64,000 nt of DNA from an uncultured Candidatus Rokubacteria bacterium (GTDB lineage Bacteria; Methylomirabilota; Methylomirabilia; Rokubacteriales; CSP1-6). Of the stretch, positions 1 to 10,095 are shown one piece after another (positions within the stretch are counted from its first letter, which is position 1; every line of letters starts with the position of its first letter). The position numbers and the translations under genes are program-made. The stretch covers positions 512,001-576,000 of the forward strand of contig CAVYTA010000006.1 of the NCBI GenBank assembly GCA_963771355.1. The letters are read 5' to 3'. Under the pieces are notes generated by a model, which saw only the letters and a program-made list of their open reading frames with translations, was not told where the DNA came from and searched no databases.

Positions 1-350
1 GTGCCGCGGACGAGGTCGATGCCGTGCGCGATCACGTTGCGGTCCACCACCGCGCGCAACGAGGCGACCACATCGCGCTCGCGGTGCATGAAGTGCCCCA
101 CGGTGAGGTTGTCCTCGAGGGTGTAATCCACGCCGTACAGACCGCGCTGGCGGATCCCCGAGTAGTAGAGCGCGGTCTCGCGCAGGGTCTTGGACGGCAC
201 CGTGCCCGTATTGATGCCGGCCCCGCCCAGATGCGGCGCCCGCTCGACGAGCGCCACCCGCCGGCCGAAGTACGCGGCCTGGGCCGCGCCCTTCTCGCCG
301 GCCGGCCCCGAGCCGATGACGATCAGATCGTATTCCCGCACCGTTGCCAC
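1..350 (-). CDS. sthA: Soluble (Si-specific) NAD(P)+ transhydrogenase, N-terminal part; runs off the window start
   Basis: Manual minus-strand translation from GTG at 350: MATVREYDLIVIGSGPAGEKGAAQAAYFGRRVALVERAPHLGGAGINTGTVPSKTLRETALYYSG. FAD-binding GxGxxG and the GTxPSKxLRE motif. Not in the ORF track because it is truncated. Confidence 0.8.
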   Translation of the reverse strand, partial: MATVREYDLIVIGSGPAGEKGAAQAAYFGRRVALVERAPHLGGAGINTGTVPSKTLRETALYYSGIRQRGLYGVDYTLEDNLTVGHFMHRERDVVASLRAVVDRNVIAHGIDLVRG

Positions 351-396
351 GCGGTATGACTAGCATCCGCCCCGCCGCCCCCGCAACACGGTTTTC

Positions 397-426
397 TTGA
401 CCGGAAGGGGCGAGGGGCCGCATCCT
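397..426 (+). promoter_or_regulatory. Putative sigma70-type promoter for the MoxR operon
   Basis: TTGACC (397-402), 18 nt, CATCCT (421-426), then 6 nt to ATG 433. Confidence 0.45.
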
Positions 427-432
427 GAACCC

Positions 433-1380
433 ATGCCCCCCACGCCGCTGCCGCCCCGGGAGCTTTCCCAGCGGCTGGCCGCCAATATCGGCCGGGTCAT
501 GAAAGGACAGCCGGCCGCCATCCGGAAGCTCCTGGCCGCCTTCGCGAGCGGCGGCCACGTGCTCCTCGACGACTTTCCCGGCACCGGCAAGACCACCCTG
601 GCCAAGGCGCTGGCCCGCTCCATCGGCGCCCAGTTCAAGCGGGTGCAGTTCACCCCCGACCTCTTGCCGTCGGACATCCTGGGCGTATCGATCTTCGATC
701 AGCGGGACCAGGCCTTTCACTTCCACCGCGGGCCCATCTTCACCGACATTCTCCTCGCCGACGAGATCAACCGCGCCTCCCCCCGCACCCAGTCCGCGTT
801 GCTCGAGGCCATGGCGGAAGGCCAGATCAGCGTGGACGGCACCACCTATCGCCTCGAGTCGCTGTTCTTCGTCATCGCCACCCAGAATCCGGTGGAGTTC
901 CGCGGCACCTATCCGCTGCCGGAAGCGCAGATGGACCGCTTCGCGCTGCAGTTCGGGCTCGGCTACGTGGCGCCGGACGACGAGGTGGCCATTCTCTCGG
1001 ACCAGGAGCGCGGCCATCCCATCGACGAGATCGGGCCCTGTCTCGGCATCGACGACGTGGTGGGCCTGCGGCGCCGCGCGGGGGAGATCCGCATCAGCGT
1101 GGAGCTGAAGCGGTACGTGGTGGACCTCGTGCAGGCGACGCGCACCGTGGCCGGCGTCTCGCTGGGGGCGAGCCCGCGCGCGTCCCTGGCGCTCATGAAG
1201 GCGGCGCAGGCGCTCGCGCTGCTCGACGGACTGGACTTCGTCACGCCCGAGCACATCCAGGAGATCGCGGTCTCGGTGATCGCGCACCGGATGGTGGTGG
1301 ACTCGCAGGCGCGCTTCACCGGCGTCACCCCGCAGGGCATCGTGGAGGAGATCGTCAAGACCCTGCCGGTGCCCGCCTAG
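433..1380 (+). CDS. moxR: MoxR family AAA+ ATPase
   Basis: GHVLLDDFPGTGKT (Walker A), RVQFTPDLLPSD, LLADEINRASPRTQSALLEAM, ATQNP, GTYPLPEAQMDRF. Confidence 0.95.
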   Translation: MPPTPLPPRELSQRLAANIGRVMKGQPAAIRKLLAAFASGGHVLLDDFPGTGKTTLAKALARSIGAQFKRVQFTPDLLPSDILGVSIFDQRDQAFHFHRGPIFTDILLADEINRASPRTQSALLEAMAEGQISVDGTTYRLESLFFVIATQNPVEFRGTYPLPEAQMDRFALQFGLGYVAPDDEVAILSDQERGHPIDEIGPCLGIDDVVGLRRRAGEIRISVELKRYVVDLVQATRTVAGVSLGASPRASLALMKAAQALALLDGLDFVTPEHIQEIAVSVIAHRMVVDSQARFTGVTPQGIVEEIVKTLPVPA

Positions 1381-1396
1381 CCGCGGCGGGGTCGCG

Positions 1397-2749
1397 ATGC
1401 GGCGGCTCCTCTTCCAGGCGTTTCGGGCCACCTGGGTGGTGCAGCACTGGATGACCCGACGCTTCACCGCCGCGGGCTTCCTGGTGCTGGCGGGCATTCT
1501 CGCCGCGTCGGTGGTGGGGCTCGACACCAACCGGACGCTCGCCTACCAGGCCTTCACCTTCCTGGTGACGCTGCTCGTGGCCGCGCTCCTGGCGAGCCTG
1601 ACCTTCCGGGGCCGCTTCAGCGTGCGGCGGGTGATGCCGCGCTTCGGGACGGCGGGGGAGGCGCTGGCGTACCGCGTCTTCATTCGAAACGACGGGCCGC
1701 GCCCGCTGCGGGGCCTCACGCTCCTGGAGGACACCGCCGATCCGCGCCCCTCGCTGGCGGCGTTTCTGGCCGCGCGCGAGCCGGGCGAGGAGCGCCGCAA
1801 CTGGTTCGACCGCACGGTGGGCTATCCGCGCTGGATGTGGCTCATCGGGCAGCGTCAGGGCGCGCCGGCGGGGGAGCGGCCCCTGCCGCCGCTGCTGCCG
1901 GGCGTGGAGGCGGAGACGCGGGTGGAGACGGTGCCCGCGCGCCGCGGCCGGCTCAGCCTGGTGGGCATGACCATCGCGCGGGCCGATCCCTTCGGACTCT
2001 TCCGCGGCTTCGTGCGAGTCGCCGCGCCGCAGTCCGTGCTCGTGCTGCCGCGCCGCTACCCCGTGCCCGATCTCGACCTGCCCGGCAATCGGCGCTACCA
2101 GCACGGCGGCGTGGCCCTGGCCGCGTCGGTGGGCGACTCGGAGGAGTTCGCCTCGCTGCGGGACTACCGGCCGGGCGACCCGCTGCGCCGGATCCACTGG
2201 CGGAGCTGGGCGCGCGTGGCGCGTCCCATCGTGAAGGAGTTCCAGGACGAGTTCTTCGTCCGCCACGCGCTCGTGCTCGATACCTTCGCGGGCGCGGGCG
2301 CCGGCGCGGCCGAGATCTTCGAGGAGGCGGTGTCGGTGGCGGCGTCGTTCGCGGTGGCCATCCCCCGCCAGGACTCGCTGCTCGATCTCATGTTCGTGGG
2401 TCCGGAGGCCTACTGCTTCACCGCGGGCCGCGGGCTCGCCCACGCCGACCGCATGCTGGAGGTGCTGGCGGGCGTCGAGCCCTGCGCGGGCCGACCGTTC
2501 CGCGTGCTCCGCGACTCGGTGCTGCAGCGGCAGGGGGAGCTCTCCGGCGCCATCTGCGTGCTCCTGGACTGGGACGACGAGCGCCGCGCCCTGGTACACG
2601 CCCTGCGCGCGCTCGGGGTGCCCACCCTGGCCCTGCTGGTGACCCGCGCGGGGGAGCAGGACGCGGGGACCGAGACCGCCGCCGACGCGGCGCTCGCGCC
2701 CCACCGGCTGGTGGCGGGGCACATCGCCGAGGGCCTCGCCCGCCTATGA
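1397..2749 (+). CDS. DUF58 domain-containing membrane protein
   Basis: Two N-terminal TM segments; EFASLRDYRPGDPLRRIHWRSWAR DUF58 signature; follows MoxR. Confidence 0.9.
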   Translation: MRRLLFQAFRATWVVQHWMTRRFTAAGFLVLAGILAASVVGLDTNRTLAYQAFTFLVTLLVAALLASLTFRGRFSVRRVMPRFGTAGEALAYRVFIRNDGPRPLRGLTLLEDTADPRPSLAAFLAAREPGEERRNWFDRTVGYPRWMWLIGQRQGAPAGERPLPPLLPGVEAETRVETVPARRGRLSLVGMTIARADPFGLFRGFVRVAAPQSVLVLPRRYPVPDLDLPGNRRYQHGGVALAASVGDSEEFASLRDYRPGDPLRRIHWRSWARVARPIVKEFQDEFFVRHALVLDTFAGAGAGAAEIFEEAVSVAASFAVAIPRQDSLLDLMFVGPEAYCFTAGRGLAHADRMLEVLAGVEPCAGRPFRVLRDSVLQRQGELSGAICVLLDWDDERRALVHALRALGVPTLALLVTRAGEQDAGTETAADAALAPHRLVAGHIAEGLARL

Positions 2750-4761
2750 CGCCCGTCCAGGCTCCGCCCCCGCTGCTGCTGGCGCTGGCGCTGACCTTCT
2801 GGGGATGGCAGACGGGTCTCTGGCCGGCGGCCGTCGTGATGGTCGCGATCGTGGAGGGGGCGCGCGTCGTCCCCTGGCGCTGGGACCTGGCGCGCGCCGA
2901 CTTCAACCGCGTCTCCGACCTCTGCAGCCTCATCCTCGTGGGACTGGTCGTGTATCTCGGGGCCACCACCGATGCTCCGCGGGTGCTCACCCTGATCTTC
3001 CAGTGGTTCCCCCTGGTGGCGCTACCGCTCCTGCTGGCGCAGCTCTACAGCACGGCCGGCAGGGTGGACCCCCGCATCTTTCTCTGGAGCCAGCGCAAGA
3101 AGGCCGACGCGGAGGGCACCCCGCCGGCCCACACGGTGGACCTGTCCTACCCGTACTTCGTGATCTGCATCCTCGCCGCGAGCGCCGCGAACGCGCGCGG
3201 GGCGGGCTTCTACGTGGGCGCCTGCGCGCTGGCCGCCGCCGCGCTCTGGAGCGTGCGGGCGCGCGAGCGCTCGCCGCTCGTCTGGGGCGCGCTCCTGCTG
3301 GGGGTGGCGCTGGTGGGGTGGGGCGGGCACGTGGGATTGCACCGCGCGCAGCGGGTCATCGAGTCGGCGGCGCTGGAGTGGCTGGCGGACTGGCTGCGGC
3401 GGGACACCGATCCCTTCCGGAGCAGCACCGCGCTGGGGTCCATCGGGCGGCTCAAGCTGTCCGACCGGATCGTGCTGCGGGTGCAGCCGGGCCCGGGCGT
3501 GAAGACGCCGCTCTTGCTCCGCGAGGCGAGCTACAACGCCTTCTCCATGCCCGCCTGGCTCGCCGTGGACGCGGGCTTCTCGGCGGTGCAGCCCGAGGCC
3601 GACGGCACCACCTGGAAGCTGGGGGCGGGGAGCCCGCCCGAGACCCAGGTGACCGTGTCCGCGCCGCTCCGCCGTGGCCGCGGCGTGCTCCCGCTTCCCG
3701 GAGGCGTCTTCGAGATCGATCGCCTCGCGGTCGTGCACGTGGAGCGGAACCGGCTCGGCGCGGTGAAGGTGGACGAGGGGCTGGGCCTGGTGACCTACGC
3801 CGCGCGGGTCACCTCCCGCTCGGTGCTCGACGAGACGCCGACCGAGGCCGATCTCACCCTGCCCATTCCCGACGGGGCGCTCGTCAGCCGCGTCGCCCGC
3901 GATCTCGGGCTGGGAAGCCTGCCCGCGGAGGAGGCGCTGACGCGCGTGCGGGCGTACTTCCGCGACAATTTCCGCTACTCGCTCTATCGGGCCCCGCCCG
4001 ACGGCGAGATGTCCGCCCTCGACGACTTCCTCAACCGCTCGCGGGCGGGCCACTGCGAGTACTTCGCCACCGCCACCGTGCTGCTGCTGCGTGCGGCCGA
4101 CATTCCGGCCCGCTACGCCACCGGCTATTCGGTGCAGGAGTGGAGTCCGCTGGAGCGGACCTGGGTGGTGCGGATGCGCCACGCGCACTCCTGGGCCCTG
4201 GCCTGGGTGGATGGCGCCTGGCGCGACGTGGACTCCACGCCGTCCGGCTGGGCCGAGACGGAAGCCTTCGGCGCCTCGATGTGGCAGCCGGTCAAGGATC
4301 TCTGGGCCTGGGGGATGCACGCCTTCGAGCAATGGCGCTACGGCGACCGCCGCGGTGGGGCGACGACCTGGCTCGCCTGGCTCCTCATCCCGCTGAGCCT
4401 CATCCTCGTCTGGCGGCTCTTCTTCCGTCGCCGCGAACGGCGGGCCGGTGCGCCACGCCGGGGCGGGGACGCGGCGCGGGTCTTCGGGGGAGCGGACTCG
4501 GAGTTCTACGCCGTCGAGCGGCGGCTCGGGGCGCTGGGGCTCACGCGCGCGCCCGCGGAAGCGGCCGGCCGCTGGCTCGAGCGCATCGGCGAGCAGGCGC
4601 CGGTGGCGGGATCGAGCGCGGCGCTCGAGCGCCTGCTCGCTCTCCACTACCGTTATCGATTCGATCCCGAGGGGCTCCCCGCGGCCGATCGCGCGAGGCT
4701 CCGCGCGGATGCCCTCGCCTGGCTCGCCGAGCACGCCGAGCACGCCGAGACGCGTCGCTAG
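2746..4761 (+). CDS. Membrane transglutaminase-like protein (TgpA-like) with C-terminal DUF4129-like segment
   Basis: ATG 2746 overlaps the DUF58 stop. Multi-TM N-terminus; triad GHCEYFATA / AHSWALAW / WRDVDSTP; C-terminal LHYRYRF. Confidence 0.88.
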   Translation: MTPVQAPPPLLLALALTFWGWQTGLWPAAVVMVAIVEGARVVPWRWDLARADFNRVSDLCSLILVGLVVYLGATTDAPRVLTLIFQWFPLVALPLLLAQLYSTAGRVDPRIFLWSQRKKADAEGTPPAHTVDLSYPYFVICILAASAANARGAGFYVGACALAAAALWSVRARERSPLVWGALLLGVALVGWGGHVGLHRAQRVIESAALEWLADWLRRDTDPFRSSTALGSIGRLKLSDRIVLRVQPGPGVKTPLLLREASYNAFSMPAWLAVDAGFSAVQPEADGTTWKLGAGSPPETQVTVSAPLRRGRGVLPLPGGVFEIDRLAVVHVERNRLGAVKVDEGLGLVTYAARVTSRSVLDETPTEADLTLPIPDGALVSRVARDLGLGSLPAEEALTRVRAYFRDNFRYSLYRAPPDGEMSALDDFLNRSRAGHCEYFATATVLLLRAADIPARYATGYSVQEWSPLERTWVVRMRHAHSWALAWVDGAWRDVDSTPSGWAETEAFGASMWQPVKDLWAWGMHAFEQWRYGDRRGGATTWLAWLLIPLSLILVWRLFFRRRERRAGAPRRGGDAARVFGGADSEFYAVERRLGALGLTRAPAEAAGRWLERIGEQAPVAGSSAALERLLALHYRYRFDPEGLPAADRARLRADALAWLAEHAEHAETRR

Positions 4762-4769
4762 GGGCGCGG

Positions 4770-6230
4770 CTATGCCAGATCGGTCAGCAGTCCCGCGGTG
4801 GTCCGCATTCCCTGGAAGAGATGGTCCAGCCGCAGGTGCTCGTTGGGTGCGTGCTGACGGTTGTTCGCGTTCGCGTAGGGAACGACCAGGGTCGGCAGCC
4901 GGAGGATGTCGGTGAAGGCGAAGAGCGGCACGCTACCGCCGAGGGTGGGCAGCAGCACCGCGCGCTCGCCGCCATGCGCCCGCTCCACGGCGCTGATCAC
5001 CTCCCGGCTCAGCGGAAGGTCCAGCGGCGTCTTCGCGGGATCGTAGCCTCCCTTGGAGATGACCCGGACGGCGCGGCCGCGGAGGGCGTCGGGGAGGGGC
5101 TCCTCGGGAGATTCGAGCACGGTGAAGCCCTGGCCGCGGATGTGCTCGATGATGCGGCGGTACACGCTGTCCACCGTCTGGTTCTTCACCAGGCGCACGT
5201 CGAAGAGCACGGTGGCCCGGTGCGGGATGATGGTGTTCGCTTCCTTCCCGAGAAAGCCGGACTGCAATCCTCGAATGGTCAGCGTGGGGTGGAACATGAG
5301 CCGCTCGAGGAGATCGGCGGGCATGCCCACGCCGAGGTCCCGCTCGAGCGCGGGGATGTCCATGGGGATGTCGGCCATCAGCCGCCGCTCGGCCGCGGTG
5401 GGCAGCAGCACGTCCTCCTCGAGGCCCTCGATGAGCGGGGTGCCGTCGGGGGTGGCCATGGACGAGAGCAGGCCGTTGAGCCGCCAGGCCGCGTTGGGGA
5501 CCACGAAGTTGCCCGAGTGCACGTCCCGCCGCGCCGACTCCAGCACCAGCTCGATCTTGAGATTGCCGCGAGCGCCGCCGGAGACGGTGGGGCGGCCGCT
5601 GGCATGCTTGGGCCCGTCGGTGACGAGGACGACATCGGCGGCGAGCAGCTCGCGGTGCTTGTCGGTGAACGGTCCGAAGAAGGGGCTGCCGATCTCCTCC
5701 TCCCCGTCGAAGATGAACTTCACGTTCACGCGCGGGGCGATGCCCACCGCGTCCATGAGCGCGAGGGCTTCCAGGTGCGCCCAGATCGGCCCCTTGTCGT
5801 CGGACGCGCCGCGCGCGTAGAGCCGGTGCGCGGGCAGGGCCTCGGGCGGGACGGAGGCGAAGGGCACGATGGCGGCGCCGTCCTCGGCCGGGCCCGCGCG
5901 CAGCACGGGCTCCAGCGGCGAGGGCTGGAGCCACCCGTCGGGCGGGATGGGCTTGGTGTCGTAGTGGCAGTAGATGAGGACGGTACGCCGGGCCCCCGGC
6001 ACGCGCCGCTCGCCGAAGACGGCGGGGGCGCCGCCCGTCTCCAGCACGCGGGCGTCGAGGCCGCGGCCGGCCATGTGGCGAGCCAGCCACTCGCCGCAGG
6101 CGCGCACGCGCTCGGGCTCCTGGCTCACGCTCTCGAGGCGGAGAAAGTCGATGAAGCCGGCCACGAGGTCGCGGCGGCGCTCCGCGAGCCGGCGGTCGAA
6201 GGCAGTCCAGTCGAGCGTGGGTGGGGTCAT
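4770..6230 (-). CDS. M20/M25/M40 family metallopeptidase/amidohydrolase
   Basis: YCHYDTKP, ARGASDDKGP, DGEEEIGS, QHAPNEH. Confidence 0.92.
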   Translation of the reverse strand: MTPPTLDWTAFDRRLAERRRDLVAGFIDFLRLESVSQEPERVRACGEWLARHMAGRGLDARVLETGGAPAVFGERRVPGARRTVLIYCHYDTKPIPPDGWLQPSPLEPVLRAGPAEDGAAIVPFASVPPEALPAHRLYARGASDDKGPIWAHLEALALMDAVGIAPRVNVKFIFDGEEEIGSPFFGPFTDKHRELLAADVVLVTDGPKHASGRPTVSGGARGNLKIELVLESARRDVHSGNFVVPNAAWRLNGLLSSMATPDGTPLIEGLEEDVLLPTAAERRLMADIPMDIPALERDLGVGMPADLLERLMFHPTLTIRGLQSGFLGKEANTIIPHRATVLFDVRLVKNQTVDSVYRRIIEHIRGQGFTVLESPEEPLPDALRGRAVRVISKGGYDPAKTPLDLPLSREVISAVERAHGGERAVLLPTLGGSVPLFAFTDILRLPTLVVPYANANNRQHAPNEHLRLDHLFQGMRTTAGLLTDLA

Positions 6231-6277
6231 GGCGCCGAGAATACCCGGATTCGCGCGATGGAGGTAGCATCAGCTCC

Positions 6278-6703
6278 ATGACGCGGGAAAAGCCGCCGGG
6301 CAAGACCTGGGACGTCTGGATCGAGCAGCTCATCCACGAGGCCAAGGACGCGGGGGAGTTCGATCACCTCGAGGGAAAGGGCAAGCCCATCCCCGGCGTG
6401 GAGGCGCCCTACGATCCCGACTGGTGGGTGAAGAAGCTCCTGGCGCGGGAGAAGGTCTCCATGTTGCCGCCGTCGCTGGAGCTGCTCCGGAAGGTCGAGG
6501 CGGAGCTGGCCAGGATCTGGGCCGCGCGCCGCGAGGACGACGTGCGCGCGCGGGTGCAGGCGCTGAACGCGGAGATCGCTCGGGTCAACGCGCGGGTGGT
6601 CGCGGGGCCGCCCACGCGTCTGGCTCCGCTGGACGCGGACGGCGTGGTGCAGGAGTGGCGGGCCCGCCGGGCCCCGCCGCCTGACGCCGCGCGCCCGGCC
6701 TAG
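6278..6703 (+). CDS. DUF1992 (DNAJC28-like) domain protein
   Basis: IEQLIHEAKDAGEFDHLEGKGKP...YDPDWWVKKLL...LPPSL; ATG 6278. Confidence 0.85.
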   Translation: MTREKPPGKTWDVWIEQLIHEAKDAGEFDHLEGKGKPIPGVEAPYDPDWWVKKLLAREKVSMLPPSLELLRKVEAELARIWAARREDDVRARVQALNAEIARVNARVVAGPPTRLAPLDADGVVQEWRARRAPPPDAARPA

Positions 6704-7548
6704 GTCTCGCGGCTGGCGCCCTGCACCCCGCGCAGCCGGGGGTCGAGCAGATCCCGGAGGCCGTCCCCGAAGAGATTGAGGCCGAGAATGCTCGCCATGA
6801 TGGCGGCGCCGGGGAAGAGGGTCAGCCACGGCGCCTGCTGGAGATACGATCGCCCTTCCGAGAGCACATTGCCCCAGGACGGGATCTGGGGCGGGACGCC
6901 CACGCCGAGGAAGGACAGCGCGGCCTCGCCCAGCACGGCGGCGGCGAAGATGAAGGTGCCCTGCACGATGACGGGCGAGATGCAGTTGGGCAGGATGTGC
7001 AGCGCCACGATGCGGGCATCCCCGATGCCCAGGGCCCGCGCCGCCTCCACGTAGGACGTCTCGCGGATCACGAGGACGGAGCCGCGCACGATGCGCGCCA
7101 CCCGCGGCACGTAGACCACCCCCAGCGCCACGATCACGTTGACCACGCTGGGACCCAGGGAAGCCATGAGCGCGATGGCGAGGATGATCCCGGGAAAGGC
7201 CATGAGCCCGTCCATGAAGCGCATGAGCACGTTGTCCATGGCCCGGTAGTAGCCCCCCAGCAGGCCGACGGTGAGGCCACCCAGGAAGGACAGCACCATC
7301 ACCGAGCCGCCCACCACCATGGACAGCCGCGCCCCGTAGATCACGCGGCTCCACGCGTCGCGGCCCACGTGGTCGGTGCCGAACCAGTGCTCGCCGGTGG
7401 GGCGCGCCAGGCGCGACTTGACGTCGAGCATCTGCGGATCCACCCGCGCGATGAGGGGTGCGCCCAGCGCCACCAGCACGTTCAGCGCCACCAGGACGGC
7501 GCCGATCACCGCGCTGCGCCGGCGGAGGAATACGCGGAGCTCGCGCAT
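6700..7548 (-). CDS. ABC transporter permease, DppC/OppC-like
   Basis: HWFGTDHVGRD, EAA loop YVEAARALG, LSFLGVG, NLFGDGLRDLLDPR. Confidence 0.93.
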   Translation of the reverse strand: MRELRVFLRRRSAVIGAVLVALNVLVALGAPLIARVDPQMLDVKSRLARPTGEHWFGTDHVGRDAWSRVIYGARLSMVVGGSVMVLSFLGGLTVGLLGGYYRAMDNVLMRFMDGLMAFPGIILAIALMASLGPSVVNVIVALGVVYVPRVARIVRGSVLVIRETSYVEAARALGIGDARIVALHILPNCISPVIVQGTFIFAAAVLGEAALSFLGVGVPPQIPSWGNVLSEGRSYLQQAPWLTLFPGAAIMASILGLNLFGDGLRDLLDPRLRGVQGASRET

Positions 7549-7549
7549 G

Positions 7550-8494
7550 CTAGCGGAACCGGATGCGCGGGTCGATGGCCAGGTAGGCCAGGTCCACGAG
7601 CAGGTTGATGGCGGTATACGTGAGCGCGATGAGCAGCACCACGCCCTGGACCACGGGATAGTCCCGGCGGAGGACGGCGGAGATGATGAGGCGGCCGAGC
7701 CCCGGGATATTGAACACCGTCTCGATGACCACCGCGCCGCCCACCAGGAGCGCGAAGGTGATGCCGATCACGGTCAGGGTGGGGATGATGGCGTTCTTGA
7801 GCGCGTGCTTGTAGATCACGACGCGCTCGGACAGGCCCTTGGAGCGCCCGGCGAGGATGTACTGCTCGCGCAGCACGTCGAGCATGCTGGACCGCGTGAT
7901 CCGCGCGATGAGGGCCGACTGGACGAGGCCCAGCGCCAGCGCGGGCATGATGAGGGAGCGCAGGTTCAGCCAGAGCCCGCCCTCCAGCGGGACATAGCCG
8001 GCCACCGGCAGCCAGCCCAGCCAGACCCCGAAGCAGAGGATCATGAGCAGGCCGAGCAGGAAGTTGGGGATCGAGAGCCCGATCAGGGCGAACGCCATGA
8101 GCGACTGGTCCACGGTGGTGTTGTGATAGCGGGCGGAGATGACGCCCGCGGGCAGGCCCACCGCTACCGCCACCAGCATGGACCACGCGGTGAGGAGGAG
8201 CGTGGGCTCCAGCCGCTCGAAGATGGCCTCCAGCACCGGCCGGCGGAGGAAGATCGAGTCGCCGAGGTCGCCGCGGGCGAGGCGGCCCCACCACTTGACG
8301 AGCTGCACGGGCAGCGGCTGATCGAGCCCGAGCGACCGCTGGAGCCGGGCGATGTCGTCGCCGGTGGCGTAGGGCCCGGCGATCACGCTGGCGGGATCGC
8401 CGGGCGCCAGGCGAATGAGGATGAACGACACCGTCGCCACCACGAGCATGACCGGGATGACAGCCAGCAGGCGGCGGACGACATAGACGCCCAC
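7550..8494 (-). CDS. ABC transporter permease, DppB/OppB-like
   Basis: LAPGDPA, GDLGDS, RSSMLDVL, IETVFNIPGLG, RDYPVVQG, DPRIR. Confidence 0.93.
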   Translation of the reverse strand: MGVYVVRRLLAVIPVMLVVATVSFILIRLAPGDPASVIAGPYATGDDIARLQRSLGLDQPLPVQLVKWWGRLARGDLGDSIFLRRPVLEAIFERLEPTLLLTAWSMLVAVAVGLPAGVISARYHNTTVDQSLMAFALIGLSIPNFLLGLLMILCFGVWLGWLPVAGYVPLEGGLWLNLRSLIMPALALGLVQSALIARITRSSMLDVLREQYILAGRSKGLSERVVIYKHALKNAIIPTLTVIGITFALLVGGAVVIETVFNIPGLGRLIISAVLRRDYPVVQGVVLLIALTYTAINLLVDLAYLAIDPRIRFR

Positions 8495-8500
8495 GGGGAG

Positions 8501-10070
8501 TTATTTCGCGAGCCAGACGTTCCAGAAGTAGAGGTAGGGCAAATTCTGGAACCCGCGCAGATCCTTGCGCGTGACCGAGAAGGTGGAAATAGTCGCCGAA
8601 CTTCACCCGCCCCACGTCCTCGTAGAAGACGGCCTGGAGCCGCTCGATCTGGGCCTTGCGCTTCTTGGGGTCGGTCTCGCGGAGCATCTCGCCCAGGATC
8701 CGCTCCTTCTCCTCGTGGCACCAGCAGCCCGGCCAGTTGCACTGCACGGAGGTGGCCAGGGCGGGGTCGGCGTTCAGCGTGAACCCGGTCGAGAAGATGT
8801 CGAACAGCTCCGGCTTGTTGCGCCGCTGCACGAGGGTGGCCCAGTCGAGCACCTGGAGATCCACCGTGAAGCCGGCCGCCTCCATCTGCTGCTTGGCCAC
8901 CAGCGAGGTGTTGTACATCCAGTCGTATTCCTTGGTGGTGATCCATCGCACGGGCTCGCCCTTGTAGCCGGCCTCCTTGAGCAAGGCGCGCGCCTTGGCG
9001 GGATTCTTCTGGTTGTAGCCGGTGACGCCGCCCTGGGAGTGGAAGGCGGTCTGCTCGGGATAGAAGAGCGCGCCGTCGATCCGGTAGAAGGCCTTGTTGC
9101 CGATACCCGCCGCCATGATGGGATCCATGTCCAGCGCCGCGAGGAAGGCCTGGCGCACCTTCTTGTTCGCCATCACGCCCTGCTTGTGGTTCGGCACCGC
9201 GGTGATCCAGCCGTAGGGCTTGACCACGCCGCGGCTCGAGCGCGGGGAGTGCCCTTGACGCGGTCGTACTGGTCCGCCTTGATCTGCTGGGCAAAGTGGT
9301 ACTCGCCGGTCTCCACGCCGGCCAGCCGCACCGCCTCGTCGGGGACGGGGATGAACAGGATCTCGTCCGCATAGGCGGTCCGCTTGCCCCCGTAACCTCC
9401 GTCGGGAGCGTCCGTGCGCGCGGAGTACTCCTTGAAGCGCGCCACCTTGATGTGCCGGTCGGGCTTGTGCTCGACGAACCGGTAGGGCCCGGTGCCGATG
9501 AACTCCTTGATCTGTCCCTCGCCCGCGGCGGCCATGACCTCCTTGGGATAGATGGCGGCGCCGTTGTTCGGGCTGCCGAGCCCGTAGAGCAGGGACCCCG
9601 ACGGCTCCTTGAGGTGGATGACCACGGTAGTAGGGGTCCTTGGCCTCGACCGCCTCCACCGTCTTCCAGAGGAGCTTGCCCGTGGTGGACATCTTCCCCC
9701 AGCGCTGGAGCGAGGGCACCACGTCGGCGGAGGTCATCTCCTTGCCGTTGTGGAACTTCACGTTCTTCCGGAGCGTGATCGTGTACCGGCGGCCGCCGTC
9801 GGCCACGGTATGGCTTTCCGCCAGCATGGGAACGGGGGTAAGGCTCTTGTCGTAGGTGTAGAGCGTCTCGTACATGTGCCAGGTGATCTGCTGCACGATC
9901 ACCGCGGTGGTCCAGTGCAGGTCGAGGGAAGGCGGCTCGCCGATCATGGCGGCCTTGATGACGCCGCCCGTGCGGGGCGCCTCCTGGGCGGAGGCGGCGC
10001 CCAGCGAGAGAGCAGCGCCCGCGGCCAGGGTGACGAGCGAGAGCAACAACGCGATGGTCATGCGCTTCAT
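8501..10070 (-). CDS. ABC transporter substrate-binding protein, family 5 (frameshifted)
   Basis: Signal peptide MKRMTIALLLSLV; LRKNVKFHNGKEMTSADV, GTGPY. Reading frame switches near 9630, 9240 and 8580; TAA at 8501. Confidence 0.85.
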
Positions 10071-10095
10071 GGGAACTCCTTTCACGTGCTGTGGG

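Noticed and set aside
4726..4749. GCCGAGCAC short tandem repeat (AEHAEHAE) at the end of the transglutaminase gene
   Set aside because: In-frame duplication of under three units; no phase-variation signal
2805..6281. 1158-aa ORF and many other long overlapping or antisense ORFs in the track
   Set aside because: Arg/Pro/Gly-rich shadow frames expected at high GC; a motif-bearing gene already explains each region
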